Source of the DNA: Candidatus Pacearchaeota archaeon
GTDB lineage: Archaea; Nanobdellota; Nanobdellia; Pacearchaeales; GW2011-AR1
Assembly (NCBI GenBank): GCA_016188895.1
Contig: JACPGZ010000046.1
Coordinates: 1-42,993, forward strand
Direction of reading: 5' to 3'
Length of the DNA stretch: 42,993 nucleotides
The number at the start of each line of letters is the position of its first letter. Position 1 is the first letter of the stretch. Below the pieces are notes generated by a model. It was not told the origin of the DNA. It made no database searches and saw only the letters and a list, made by a program, of their open reading frames with translations. Of the stretch, positions 10,532 through 19,706 are shown in pieces. A program made the translations under genes and the position numbers.

Positions 10532-10806
10532 CTGACATACTTGGCTCTGCTGCGCTTGGCGCAACAGGAGGATTAGCTCGTGGAGTAATTGGTTTGTTAA
10601 AAGCGCTGTCTCTTAGAAGAAGGATTTTATGGATGTATTGGCTTATCACAGTTATAGTTGCAACAATAATCGGAGCTTTTGTCGGAATTGTGTTTGATTT
10701 TGATTACAGGCTTTCATTGCTTGCAGGCTATGCTGGAACAGATATTCTAGAGGGGATTTACAAGAGCTTTAAAGTCCAGAAGGTTTATGTTGGCAAGGTT
10801 AAGTAA
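10528..10806 (+). CDS. Small membrane protein
   Basis: 92 aa, Gly-rich N-terminus plus hydrophobic helices. Confidence 0.5.
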   Translation: MTDILGSAALGATGGLARGVIGLLKALSLRRRILWMYWLITVIVATIIGAFVGIVFDFDYRLSLLAGYAGTDILEGIYKSFKVQKVYVGKVK

Positions 10807-10817
10807 GAAACAAGTAA

Positions 10818-12764
10818 TTAAGAACTAATACCAATCTTCTTCTTTATACTTTCAACGCACTCTGGATTGACAATTGTTGAAATATCACCAAGCTCTTCTT
10901 TCTTTAAAAGGGATTTCAAAATTCTTCTCATGATTTTTCCGCTTCTTGTCTTTGGCAGGTCATCTACAATATAAATCTCTCCTGGCTTTGCTATTGGGCC
11001 AATCTGTTTAACTATAGTTTGTACAATCTCTTCTTTGAGCTTATTTTCATCTGAAACCTGCTTTTTCAATCTGATAAAAATAACAATTGCCTCGCCTTTT
11101 ACAGGGTCTGGCTTTGATACAACAGCAACATCTCCAACAAGCAAATGATTATGAGTTGCATCTTCAAGCTCTGCTGTTGAGAGGCGATGGCCTGCAACTT
11201 TTATAACATCATCGCTTCTTCCAAGAATTCTTATGTTGCCATTTTTGTGCAAGATAGCATTATCTCCTGTAATATAGAACTTGGTCTGTTTTTTAGTTTC
11301 TTCAATCATCCAGTATTTTTCCTTGTATTTTTCAGGATTTCTCCAAATTCCTCTCAGCATTGCTGGAGCAAATGGTGAAAACTGAACAAGCAGGCCAGAG
11401 CCTTCGTTTAGAATGTTGCCTTTATCATCTATAATTCCATGCCTTGTTCCTGGAAAACTTCTTCCTGCTACAGCTGGAATAAATGGGCCAACTCCTGGCA
11501 ATGAATTTATCATATGGGTTCCTGTTTCTGTCTGCCACCATGTATCAATTATAGGAAGCTTCTTTTTTCCAATCTTATCAAAATACCAGAGCCATGTATC
11601 TGTATCAATTGGCTCTCCAACTGTTCCGAGAATTTTTAAGCTGTTCATTTTTTTCGGAATCCACTTGTCGCCCCAAAGCCTAAACATTCGCAATGCAGTT
11701 GGAGCTGTATAAAATATAGTTACTTTATTCTCATTAATAATCTTCCAAAAACGAGCGGGATCTGGAAAATCCGGAGAGCCTTCATACATCAATGTTGTTA
11801 TTCCATTTAACAAAGGACCATAACAAAGATATGTGTGCCCTGTAACCCATCCAATGTCCGCTGTACACCACATTATATCTTTATCATGAATGTTGAAGTT
11901 TAATTTTGATGTATAAGCTGACTGAACAGAATATCCGCCCGTACTATGAATTACTCCTTTTGGTAATCCCGTAGTCCCTGAGGTATACAATATATAAAGA
12001 GGATGCTCGCTTTCGACACTGCGTGGCTCGCATTTTGAATCAGCATTTTTCATGAGCTCATGAAACCAAAATTGATTTTTTCCGAGTGAAATGGCTGAAT
12101 TTAACCTGTTCACAACAATAGTTTTTTTAATTGATGTTCCTTGAATTGCCTCATCAGCCTTGCTCTTCAAATCCTCTTTATTTCCTTTTCTAAAATATCC
12201 ATCTGCTGTTATCAAAAGCTCTGCTTGTCCGTCCTGAATTCTTACTTTCAATGATTGGGCTGAAAATGCTGAGAAGACAACACTGTGAATTGCTCCAATG
12301 CGAGCGCAAGCGAGCATAGAAATAACTACTTCTGGAATCAATGGAAGATATATTGAAACAACATCTCCTTTCTTGACTCCAAGCTTTAACAATACATTTG
12401 CAAATTTGTTCACTTCCCCATGCAATTGCTTGTATGTAAATTTGACTGGCTTTTCATTTGTCGGCTCTGGTACCCAGATTAATGCTATTTTATTTCCGTT
12501 TTTCTTAAGATGCCTGTCCAATGCATTATAAGAAATATTTAACTCTGCTCCAACAAACCACTTAAAAAACGGCAGATTTTCTTCATAAGCTTTGCTCCAT
12601 TTTTTATTCCAGTCTATTTCTTCTTTAGCTACTTTCTCCCAGAACTTTACTGGATTCTTGTCAGCTTTTTTATATATGCCGGCACTTTTTACCCTTGCAA
12701 TCCTTTTCATTGCTGCGTTCGGCCAATATACATCTCCTTTTTTTATTACATAATTCATACCCAT
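10818..12764 (-). CDS. acs: Acetyl-CoA synthetase (AMP-forming)
   Basis: 648 aa; YTSGTTGLPKGV AMP-binding motif, C-terminal PKTRSGKIMRR, ACS-typical length. Confidence 0.9.
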   Translation of the reverse strand: MGMNYVIKKGDVYWPNAAMKRIARVKSAGIYKKADKNPVKFWEKVAKEEIDWNKKWSKAYEENLPFFKWFVGAELNISYNALDRHLKKNGNKIALIWVPEPTNEKPVKFTYKQLHGEVNKFANVLLKLGVKKGDVVSIYLPLIPEVVISMLACARIGAIHSVVFSAFSAQSLKVRIQDGQAELLITADGYFRKGNKEDLKSKADEAIQGTSIKKTIVVNRLNSAISLGKNQFWFHELMKNADSKCEPRSVESEHPLYILYTSGTTGLPKGVIHSTGGYSVQSAYTSKLNFNIHDKDIMWCTADIGWVTGHTYLCYGPLLNGITTLMYEGSPDFPDPARFWKIINENKVTIFYTAPTALRMFRLWGDKWIPKKMNSLKILGTVGEPIDTDTWLWYFDKIGKKKLPIIDTWWQTETGTHMINSLPGVGPFIPAVAGRSFPGTRHGIIDDKGNILNEGSGLLVQFSPFAPAMLRGIWRNPEKYKEKYWMIEETKKQTKFYITGDNAILHKNGNIRILGRSDDVIKVAGHRLSTAELEDATHNHLLVGDVAVVSKPDPVKGEAIVIFIRLKKQVSDENKLKEEIVQTIVKQIGPIAKPGEIYIVDDLPKTRSGKIMRRILKSLLKKEELGDISTIVNPECVESIKKKIGISS

Positions 12765-12809
12765 ATTATGATAATTAATTATTTAAATCTATTTTTTATG
12801 AAAAATTAA

Positions 12810-13319
12810 ATGTTAAAAGTATATAAAGTTGAGACAAAACAAGCAGAAGCAAGCAAAAGAGCAGTTGAAGTTTCTCAAGATCTTACAGCCAATGAATTTA
12901 TTTCTGGTTTATCTGAATGCAGAAGTGAATATAATAAGATTTTAGATATATTTGAAGAAAATCACAGAAAAATTTATGATGTTGTAAGGGGTATTGTAAA
13001 AGATAATGAATACATACTATTATGTATGGAAGAAAGATGGGGTCTAGGTCATCCAGAGACTAATTTTGGTGTTGCAAGTTTAGAACCTTTATTGGGTCAA
13101 ATTTTTTGGCGAAGTTGGACGACTGTAAATATGCAAAGAAATTATAATCCTGATATTCCAGAAGAACCGACTTTTAAGAAAGCATTTAAAAGATTTGTTA
13201 AAGAGTATTTTGAACAAAAAATGGCAGAAACTCCTGTGCTTGTATCAGACCAGCATAATTTACAAAGATGTTTATCTGTTCTAGATGAGATGGGATTAGA
13301 ATATAAAATCATTAATTAG
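12810..13319 (+). CDS. Hypothetical protein
   Basis: 169-aa ORF, no recognisable motif. Confidence 0.5.
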   Translation: MLKVYKVETKQAEASKRAVEVSQDLTANEFISGLSECRSEYNKILDIFEENHRKIYDVVRGIVKDNEYILLCMEERWGLGHPETNFGVASLEPLLGQIFWRSWTTVNMQRNYNPDIPEEPTFKKAFKRFVKEYFEQKMAETPVLVSDQHNLQRCLSVLDEMGLEYKIIN

Positions 13320-13367
13320 TAATTCAACCATATAAATATTTATTAATAATTAAAAAGATACAAATTT

Positions 13368-13724
13368 ATGAGAAAATATGAGCCTGTCTGGGAGACTATA
13401 AAAAAGACAGACGGCTATTATCTGTCAGTCAGCATTGATGGGCGAATAGATGAAATATCTGCGAATGAATTAAGGAATTTTTTTCCCTCTCTGTATCAAT
13501 CATCAATATATTACACTCCAAAACAATTAGAAATGATGAAATTTATTCAGAATTATCGGGGTTCTAAAGGTTTCTCTCCGACTTTAGAAGAAATGGCGCA
13601 GAACTTTGATGTAACTAAAATAACAATATGGGAGCATCTCAATCAATTAGAAAAAAAAGGTGTAGTAAAGCGGGATAAGAATAAACAACGATCTATTATT
13701 CCTCTTGACCCTCGTTTTTTATAA
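13368..13724 (+). CDS. LexA-like winged-HTH DNA-binding protein
   Basis: 118 aa; KGFSPTLEEMAQNFDVTKITIWEHLNQLEKKGVVKR resembles the LexA N-terminal DNA-binding domain. No peptidase domain. Confidence 0.55.
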   Translation: MRKYEPVWETIKKTDGYYLSVSIDGRIDEISANELRNFFPSLYQSSIYYTPKQLEMMKFIQNYRGSKGFSPTLEEMAQNFDVTKITIWEHLNQLEKKGVVKRDKNKQRSIIPLDPRFL

Positions 13725-13749
13725 TCTTTGATATTAAATTTTCTTTGAT

Positions 13750-14388
13750 TTATTTCAGCACTTCTCCAGTCTTCATATACCACATATAAAGGTCAAGCTC
13801 TGCCAAGTTCATGTTAAGCTGTGATGCAATCTCCCTAAATTTCTGTTCAATATCAAAATACATTTTTTTATTCAAAGATTTTGGTTTTTCTGGGATTACA
13901 GAATTTTCCAGCATTAGATTCAGGATATGCCTGTCAAGTATTGAAATATTCTTGTGTCCTGTGTTCCTTAAAAAGTGAGATGCCTCTTTGTATCCGATTC
14001 CTTTCACATTTGAAACAAGCCATTCACGAGCATCAGCTTCATTGCCCTTGTTTATTATATTGTTTATTATTGATTTAATATTTGAGAATTTTCGCGCTTC
14101 AATAATGAATTTTGCTTTCATATTTGGAAAGCGATGATTATTCATAATAATGCAATTTGCTAGATTATTCTCATTATATTCCAGAAATCCTTTTGCTCCT
14201 AATTGTTTTTGTATATTTATGGCTGTTTTTGCCCTTGAGTTTGCAGTAAGCAGGCAGAAGCACAATTCAGAAAACCATTCATCATTGCCTTTGTCCTTGA
14301 ATGACTCAAATTCTCTCAAGCGATTATTAATTATATCTTTTAAAGATGATTGCTGTAATATCTTTATTTTTTCAATGAGTTGTTTCAT
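13750..14388 (-). CDS. ogg: 8-oxoguanine DNA glycosylase/AP lyase, Ogg2 type (HhH-GPD)
   Basis: 212 aa; VKGIGYKEASHFLRNTG...ILDRH helix-hairpin-helix motif and catalytic Asp context; size typical of Ogg2. Confidence 0.75.
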   Translation of the reverse strand: MKQLIEKIKILQQSSLKDIINNRLREFESFKDKGNDEWFSELCFCLLTANSRAKTAINIQKQLGAKGFLEYNENNLANCIIMNNHRFPNMKAKFIIEARKFSNIKSIINNIINKGNEADAREWLVSNVKGIGYKEASHFLRNTGHKNISILDRHILNLMLENSVIPEKPKSLNKKMYFDIEQKFREIASQLNMNLAELDLYMWYMKTGEVLK

Positions 14389-14431
14389 CTATATCTCAGA
14401 ATTAATTTTAATTATAAGCTTTTCTATAGAA

Positions 14432-15091
14432 TCATCTGAATCTTCTTTTCATCTCTGTAACCATCTCTTCTGCATATGGTCTTAGACCAAGTCCGAAGCC
14501 GATTGCAATTGCGAGCATTATTCCTGCTAGCACTATTAATGCAACTGTTTCTGCAAATACAACTGCAACGCCAATCTGCCTGAGTGCAATGTCTGCAAAT
14601 ATCAGGATAAGTGAAACTTTAACAACAGCGCTTATTCCTTTTATTCCTTTAACATTTTTAGCCTGCAAGACCCTTGTTGCAAGAAAGTCTGCAAATACTA
14701 CACCAATAAAGATAATGATTATTGCAAGGACAAGGTTAGGAAACCATGCTGCAAAGTTAGAAATTAAAGATGATATCTGCCCGAAATTCAATACATTTAC
14801 AGCAGGAACCAAGAATAAAATAAATAACCACCATTTTACAAGGCTTCCGATAAGAGTTGATAATTCCAGGCCGCCGAATACATTCTGCATTCCTTTTTTT
14901 GAAAGCCACTCTTCAAATCTAGCTTTATTAAGCGATGTCCTTAAAATCTTTGCAATAATAGATGCAACAAGATAACCTAGTACAACAATAATAACAGCTG
15001 CAAATGTTCTTGGCAATGTGACAATGAAATTATCCCATAGCACACCAAGGGAACTTGCTAGATTGCTCCAAACTCCGTTTGCCATTTTCAC
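14432..15091 (-). CDS. Membrane protein with repeated conserved-TM-helix modules (mechanosensitive-channel-associated type)
   Basis: 219 aa, several TM helices with an internally repeated pattern. Confidence 0.45.
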   Translation of the reverse strand: MKMANGVWSNLASSLGVLWDNFIVTLPRTFAAVIIVVLGYLVASIIAKILRTSLNKARFEEWLSKKGMQNVFGGLELSTLIGSLVKWWLFILFLVPAVNVLNFGQISSLISNFAAWFPNLVLAIIIIFIGVVFADFLATRVLQAKNVKGIKGISAVVKVSLILIFADIALRQIGVAVVFAETVALIVLAGIMLAIAIGFGLGLRPYAEEMVTEMKRRFR

Positions 15092-15189
15092 GCTCTTTTG
15101 TATTATTATAATAAATTATATATTTATAAAGATATCTGTTGAAAAAGCTTTATTTTAGCTTATGACATATATCATGGTCTTATACAATT

Positions 15190-16305
15190 TTAAAAAAGCC
15201 TGATTCTTTTTAAATTGTTCTGTAGGATTATAATTCCTGCAAGCAAAATGAGATTTGAAATAAACTCCAATGCTATTTTTAAGTATATATTTATGTCTAT
15301 ATGAGAGAATCCAATTGAAACAAAGACTATTGTGAGATAGCTCCACAAAAAAATCCAGAGCGAGTTATTGCTGAAAAAAATAAAGAATGCTTTGCACTTA
15401 CTCATAAAATCTGGGAGTTGATAAAATATTGTCAGTAATATTAAAGTTATAGATATTCCAAATATCAGGTAATATGGATTTGGAGGAGTTTTGTTTAGAG
15501 TAATGCTTGTATCTAAGCCAATGAAATTATAGATAGCATTTATTATAATAAAAGAAATTATTGCAATTATTGTTAAGGCTATTATTTTTTTCCTAAAACT
15601 GTCTTCAAAATATAATTTTTCAAGGTAAAATCCAAAGATAAATACCAAAGACCATCCTAGAACAAATGTTGCTATAAAAGAAAGAACAGATAGTGATGGT
15701 TTAATTATATTAACAAAACTTATATTTAGATAGTCATATGGATTTAAGGAATATTTAATTGATAAAATTATTGAAAATATATAAAATAAAAATAATAGAG
15801 TTATTGTAGTCCTGCCTTTTTTATAAATGTATTTTAAAAACGGAAATAAAAAGCCGAGCATTATCATAAGGATTATAATCCATTTTAAAATTATCCATCT
15901 AAATGGTATCTTCCAGATGCTTTGATAAGAGAAATAAGGAAATTTTTGGAAGATTCTTGTTGAAAAATCAGGCAGGAGGAAAGCTATGATTCCGTATATT
16001 AAAGCTGAAACAGCAATGTATATAAGCCAGGGGACAATAATTCTTTTAGCTCTTTTTTTAAAATATTGCAGTGTGTTTTTAATGTTGAATTTAATCTTTC
16101 TTGTTGAGTTGGATAACGAAAACCCTGATACAATTACTAGCGTAACAACACAGAAATTTAATATGTCTCTTAAAAATATAATTATGTTATTTGATGCATA
16201 GGATGATGAAGGCTGGAAATCTAGAGGGTATATAATATGAAGCAGAATTATTGCAATTATTGAGATGCTTCTTAAAAAATCAACTGCATCAACCCTTTTT
16301 CTCAT
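15190..16305 (-). CDS. Acyltransferase family 3 membrane protein
   Basis: 371 aa, about 10 TM helices; N-terminus VDAVDFLRSISIIAIILLHI matches the acyltransferase_3 start motif. Confidence 0.65.
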   Translation of the reverse strand: MRKRVDAVDFLRSISIIAIILLHIIYPLDFQPSSSYASNNIIIFLRDILNFCVVTLVIVSGFSLSNSTRKIKFNIKNTLQYFKKRAKRIIVPWLIYIAVSALIYGIIAFLLPDFSTRIFQKFPYFSYQSIWKIPFRWIILKWIIILMIMLGFLFPFLKYIYKKGRTTITLLFLFYIFSIILSIKYSLNPYDYLNISFVNIIKPSLSVLSFIATFVLGWSLVFIFGFYLEKLYFEDSFRKKIIALTIIAIISFIIINAIYNFIGLDTSITLNKTPPNPYYLIFGISITLILLTIFYQLPDFMSKCKAFFIFFSNNSLWIFLWSYLTIVFVSIGFSHIDINIYLKIALEFISNLILLAGIIILQNNLKRIRLF

Positions 16306-16345
16306 AAATTAAGCAAGAAAGATTGGTATAATAGACTTTCTATTT

Positions 16346-16361
16346 TCATGCTCCTGCCGAG
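16346..16361 (+). repeat. 16-bp direct repeat TCATGCTCCTGCCGAG, copy 1
   Basis: Exact second copy at 17465-17480. The reverse complement CTCGG-CAGGAGC-A looks like a tRNA T-stem/acceptor 3' end and resembles the tRNA-Glu 3' end at 40968-40981. Confidence 0.85.
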
Positions 16362-16435
16362 TCTGTAGAAAGAGTTCAAAGTCTTGATTTTTCTTTATTA
16401 GTCATCTGGCTCACAATAATAACATTCATTGCATT

Positions 16436-16479
16436 TATATGGGTACAAATACAAACATTTATAAATATGTACCCATATA
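16436..16479. repeat. Palindrome TATATGGGTACA-N20-TGTACCCATATA enclosing the fic promoter
   Basis: 12-nt inverted arms; the loop contains AAACATTTATAAAT (16453-16466), 20 nt before the fic ATG. A near-identical palindrome lies at 17417-17458. Confidence 0.85.
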
Positions 16480-16486
16480 AAGAAGT

Positions 16487-17410
16487 ATGGTGTATCACGA
16501 AGTACGGGAAGTTAATGGGAAGAAACAAAATTATTTAGTTTTCATCAAAAGAGACGGTGATAAAATAGTAAAGAAAAGCAAATTTATTGGTTCTGGGAGT
16601 ATTTCAAAAGAACACATAGAAAAATTAAAGAAGGAATTCGAAATAGATATTCTTAGCAGTATGCCTTCTAAAAATCTTTCAAAAGAACAACTTGCAGAGG
16701 TTGAAAGGCTAAAAAATATTTATCATAAAAAAATAAGTTCTTTAAGTAAAGAAGAGTTTGAAAAATTTGAAAACACTTTTTTTACAGAGCTTACATATGA
16801 TAGTAATGCTATAGAGGGTAGTTCTCTTTCACTTGAAGATACAAATTTAGTTATCAATGAAGGTTTAGTCCCAAAAGGAAAAACTTTAAGAGAAATTAAT
16901 GAAGCAAGAAATCATATAGAAGCAATAAGATTTATTAATAGTTATGAAGGTGACTTAAATGAGCAGTTTATTCTCAAACTTCACTCCATTATTCTTAAGA
17001 ATATCTCTGAACGATTTGCTGGCAGATATCGAGAAACTACGGTGAGAATTTTTCAAGGTGATGTTCATTTTCCAGATGCCTCAAGAGTTCCCCAATTGGT
17101 TGGGAATCTTGTCTATTGGTACAAATTAAATAAAAACAAGATGCATCCTTTTGAATTAGCTATTACTTTTTCAGTTAAACTTGTTTCAATTCATCCTTTT
17201 GTAGATGGCAATGGAAGGATTTCAAGGCTTATTATGAACTTTCTATTGAAAAAGAAAGGTTATCCTTGGATCAATATTTATATGAAACAAAGAGCAGAAT
17301 ATTTACATGCGGTAAGGCTGGCAAATGATGAAAAATACAAGCAGATTTTAGAATTTTGTATTCTTGTTCTCGAAGAAAATCTCAAAAGTTTTAATGTTCT
17401 TGGTTCTTGA
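16487..17410 (+). CDS. fic: Fic family protein (AMPylase-type)
   Basis: 307 aa; canonical HPFVDGNGRISRL motif and an upstream inhibitory-helix-like SNAIEG motif. Confidence 0.9.
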   Translation: MVYHEVREVNGKKQNYLVFIKRDGDKIVKKSKFIGSGSISKEHIEKLKKEFEIDILSSMPSKNLSKEQLAEVERLKNIYHKKISSLSKEEFEKFENTFFTELTYDSNAIEGSSLSLEDTNLVINEGLVPKGKTLREINEARNHIEAIRFINSYEGDLNEQFILKLHSIILKNISERFAGRYRETTVRIFQGDVHFPDASRVPQLVGNLVYWYKLNKNKMHPFELAITFSVKLVSIHPFVDGNGRISRLIMNFLLKKKGYPWINIYMKQRAEYLHAVRLANDEKYKQILEFCILVLEENLKSFNVLGS

Positions 17411-17416
17411 TAATTG

Positions 17417-17458
17417 ATATGGGTACAATTAGGATGATTGTTAAAATGTACCCATATT
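17417..17458. repeat. Palindrome ATATGGGTACA-N20-TGTACCCATAT downstream of fic
   Basis: Same arms as the 16436-16479 palindrome, with a different loop. Confidence 0.85.
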
Positions 17459-17464
17459 ATAAGG

Positions 17465-17480
17465 TCATGCTCCTGCCGAG
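17465..17480 (+). repeat. 16-bp direct repeat TCATGCTCCTGCCGAG, copy 2
   Basis: Exact copy of 16346-16361. Confidence 0.85.
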
Positions 17481-17516
17481 CAGAATAGGATTTTGATGAA
17501 TTTGAAGGGACTCGTT

Positions 17517-17750
17517 TTATTTTATTATGTATCTAGAATTCTTACGAGGCACTTGTTTATATATTTTTCTGTCTTCAAGAATAGAAAAAATTTTGTCCAT
17601 CATAATTTCTATCTTTAATATCTTAGAATTTTGTTTTAGCTTATTTCTGCAATATTCACTAATTGTTAGCTCTTCTTCTTGTGCTTGCTTTTTCAGCTTC
17701 TCAAAAAGTTCTGTTTCCACAACTAAGTGCAATTGGGTATTCTTTCTCAT
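17517..17750 (-). CDS. Ribbon-helix-helix (CopG-like) protein
   Basis: 77 aa; TQLHLVVETELFEKLKKQAQEEELTISEYCRNKL; divergent from the T4SS-like operon. Confidence 0.6.
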   Translation of the reverse strand: MRKNTQLHLVVETELFEKLKKQAQEEELTISEYCRNKLKQNSKILKIEIMMDKIFSILEDRKIYKQVPRKNSRYIIK

Positions 17751-17895
17751 CTTTACCTGCTATAATTCTATTTAGTTTTTCAATAATCTCTTTCAGCCGC
17801 AGTATTATTTCCTCTCCAATATCGTAAAGTATTTGAGCTTCTGCCATTTTATTCAAAACTTATAAGCGGTTTTTATTTAAATAAAATAAGAAGAA

Positions 17896-17935
17896 TTTTA
17901 TTCATGTTTTTCTATATGTTTTTATTCATGTTTTT
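17896..17935 (+). repeat. Two direct 16-bp repeats TTTTATTCATGTTTTT, 24-bp period
   Basis: Copies at 17896-17911 and 17920-17935 in the divergent promoter region between the RHH gene and the T4SS-like operon; candidate operator. Confidence 0.6.
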
Positions 17936-17976
17936 TTCTTCAGACTTAATTTATACTACAATTCTTTAGGGGAGTT

Positions 17977-18183
17977 ATGAATGAAAATGAAAGTTGTCTC
18001 ATCTGTAAAAAAGAAATAGCGATATACAATGGTGAAGTCTGCAAAAATTGTCTTCAGTTTTTCCAATGGAAATACAAAAAGAAATGGAAAAAAGAAATGA
18101 AAAGAGTTATTGATGGCATTGAAGAAGCAATAGCTTACCTTGATAGTTTAGATAACCTAAACAATGAAAGGAGGAAAAAATGA
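17977..18183 (+). CDS. Small zinc-ribbon protein
   Basis: 68 aa; CLICKK...CKNC; 4-nt overlap with the next gene. Confidence 0.55.
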   Translation: MNENESCLICKKEIAIYNGEVCKNCLQFFQWKYKKKWKKEMKRVIDGIEEAIAYLDSLDNLNNERRKK

Positions 18184-18509
18184 GGGTGCAATTAGTTGCT
18201 CTAGTGCTTGCATTTGTGTTGGCTGTTGCTCCTGTTTTGGCGGCTGTTGATTTTAACAAGCCGATAAGTGCTGAAGACCAATCAACATTTGATAAGATAC
18301 TTGAGCCTGTGATGAAAATCTACAACCTTGTCAAATACATTGCCACTGCAATTGCAGCTGTAATTTTGCTTGTTGCAGGTATTAATTACATGTTTAGCGG
18401 TTCTGACCCCAGAAAGCGAGAAAATGCAAAGAATATGGCGATGTATGTCATAATTGGCTTGATTATTATCTGGGCAACTCCGTTTGTAGTTAAATTCCTT
18501 GTTGGTTAA
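18180..18509 (+). CDS. VirB2/TrbC-like (CedA1/TedC-like) pilin candidate
   Basis: 109 aa; signal peptide ending VLAAVD, then two hydrophobic helices separated by the charged loop SGSDPRKRENAKN, the VirB2 topology. Confidence 0.55.
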   Translation: MRVQLVALVLAFVLAVAPVLAAVDFNKPISAEDQSTFDKILEPVMKIYNLVKYIATAIAAVILLVAGINYMFSGSDPRKRENAKNMAMYVIIGLIIIWATPFVVKFLVG

Positions 18510-18909
18510 AATGCGAAAGAAAACATGGCTAAGGATTTGGGCAGTTGTAACTCTCATAAGAATAGTGCTTGCTCTTCCATTTGCAGCAGGCGAGCATGAG
18601 CTAGAATTAAATTGCGATAATGTTCTAAAAGAAAAGCTTGATGACTGCAAATATATTCTAAATAGTGATTTTAATGAAGAAGAAAAACAGGATTTAATTG
18701 ATATTTTAAACAGCCAATCATATAGTTATGAATATAATTGGGAAGCTGTAGAAGAAATACCCCAATCTGAAACAAAAACACAGGAAATAGATAATGATAC
18801 TATTCTTTTTGCTTGGGATGTTGCTGTTCTTATTTTTTTTAACTATTTTGTCTATTCAGTATTAACTAAATCCTCTTTCTTTGAAAAATGGCTGAATGTG
18901 GTCTCTTAA
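18499..18909 (+). CDS. Secreted/membrane protein of the T4SS-like operon
   Basis: 136 aa; N-terminal signal/TM, acidic middle, C-terminal TM; overlaps both neighbours. Confidence 0.5.
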   Translation: MLVKMRKKTWLRIWAVVTLIRIVLALPFAAGEHELELNCDNVLKEKLDDCKYILNSDFNEEEKQDLIDILNSQSYSYEYNWEAVEEIPQSETKTQEIDNDTILFAWDVAVLIFFNYFVYSVLTKSSFFEKWLNVVS

Positions 18910-19706
18910 ATCTAGCAACATGCCTTCCAGAAAAGTTCTTTCAATATCTTGTAAATATAATTAATGCTCCAATAAAACCTCTCTTATCTTTAGTTAAAGG
19001 ACTTCTTTCAGAGCCAATTAGCCTTTCTTTATTTGTAAATCTATGGGCGATTATTATCTATCTTATTTCCATGTTTTATGGATTGTTCTTATTGTATTCT
19101 GGCTTTAATTTTATGATTTCAGGTCATGATGTTCAGAAAAGAGAGCAGGCAAAAACATGGCTTAGAAATATTGTCATAATGATTATTCTTGTCCAAGCCT
19201 CTTTTCTACTTTATGAGATTGCTATTGAGCTTTCTTCTATATTGACAACAGCGGTCTTAAGTCTTTTAGATAAGAATTTTTTCCTATTAACATTTGATAA
19301 TATTATCAATATCGGCTTACAGCTTATTTTTTTCTTTGTTTATCTTCTTGCGTTGCTTCTCACTGCAATTATTCTTATCATCAGATATGTTATTGTTGCT
19401 GTTGGAGTTGTTTTCTTTCCAATAGGAATTTTCTTTTATTTCATTCCGCCTTTAAGGCAATATGGCTCTTTAATCTTAAATTTTTTAGGAATAGCTATCT
19501 TTATTACATTCTTTGATGCAATTATTCTTATTGGCTTCTCAAAATTGCTTGGAATTCAGCTTTTTAGCAGTATGAAAATTCTTGTTATGATTTCTGCTTT
19601 TCTTTTCATAGATGCATTAATGTTCTTTCTTATGTTTTTCTCGCTCATTAAAGCAGGTTTTAATCTTGCTACTAAAATAGGAGGAGTTGTCTCAAAGTTC
19701 ACATGA
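18888..19706 (+). CDS. VirB6/TrbL-like (CedA-like) polytopic membrane protein
   Basis: 272 aa with about 6 TM helices, immediately upstream of the VirB4-like ATPase with a 4-nt overlap. Confidence 0.5.
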   Translation: MAECGLLNLATCLPEKFFQYLVNIINAPIKPLLSLVKGLLSEPISLSLFVNLWAIIIYLISMFYGLFLLYSGFNFMISGHDVQKREQAKTWLRNIVIMIILVQASFLLYEIAIELSSILTTAVLSLLDKNFFLLTFDNIINIGLQLIFFFVYLLALLLTAIILIIRYVIVAVGVVFFPIGIFFYFIPPLRQYGSLILNFLGIAIFITFFDAIILIGFSKLLGIQLFSSMKILVMISAFLFIDALMFFLMFFSLIKAGFNLATKIGGVVSKFT

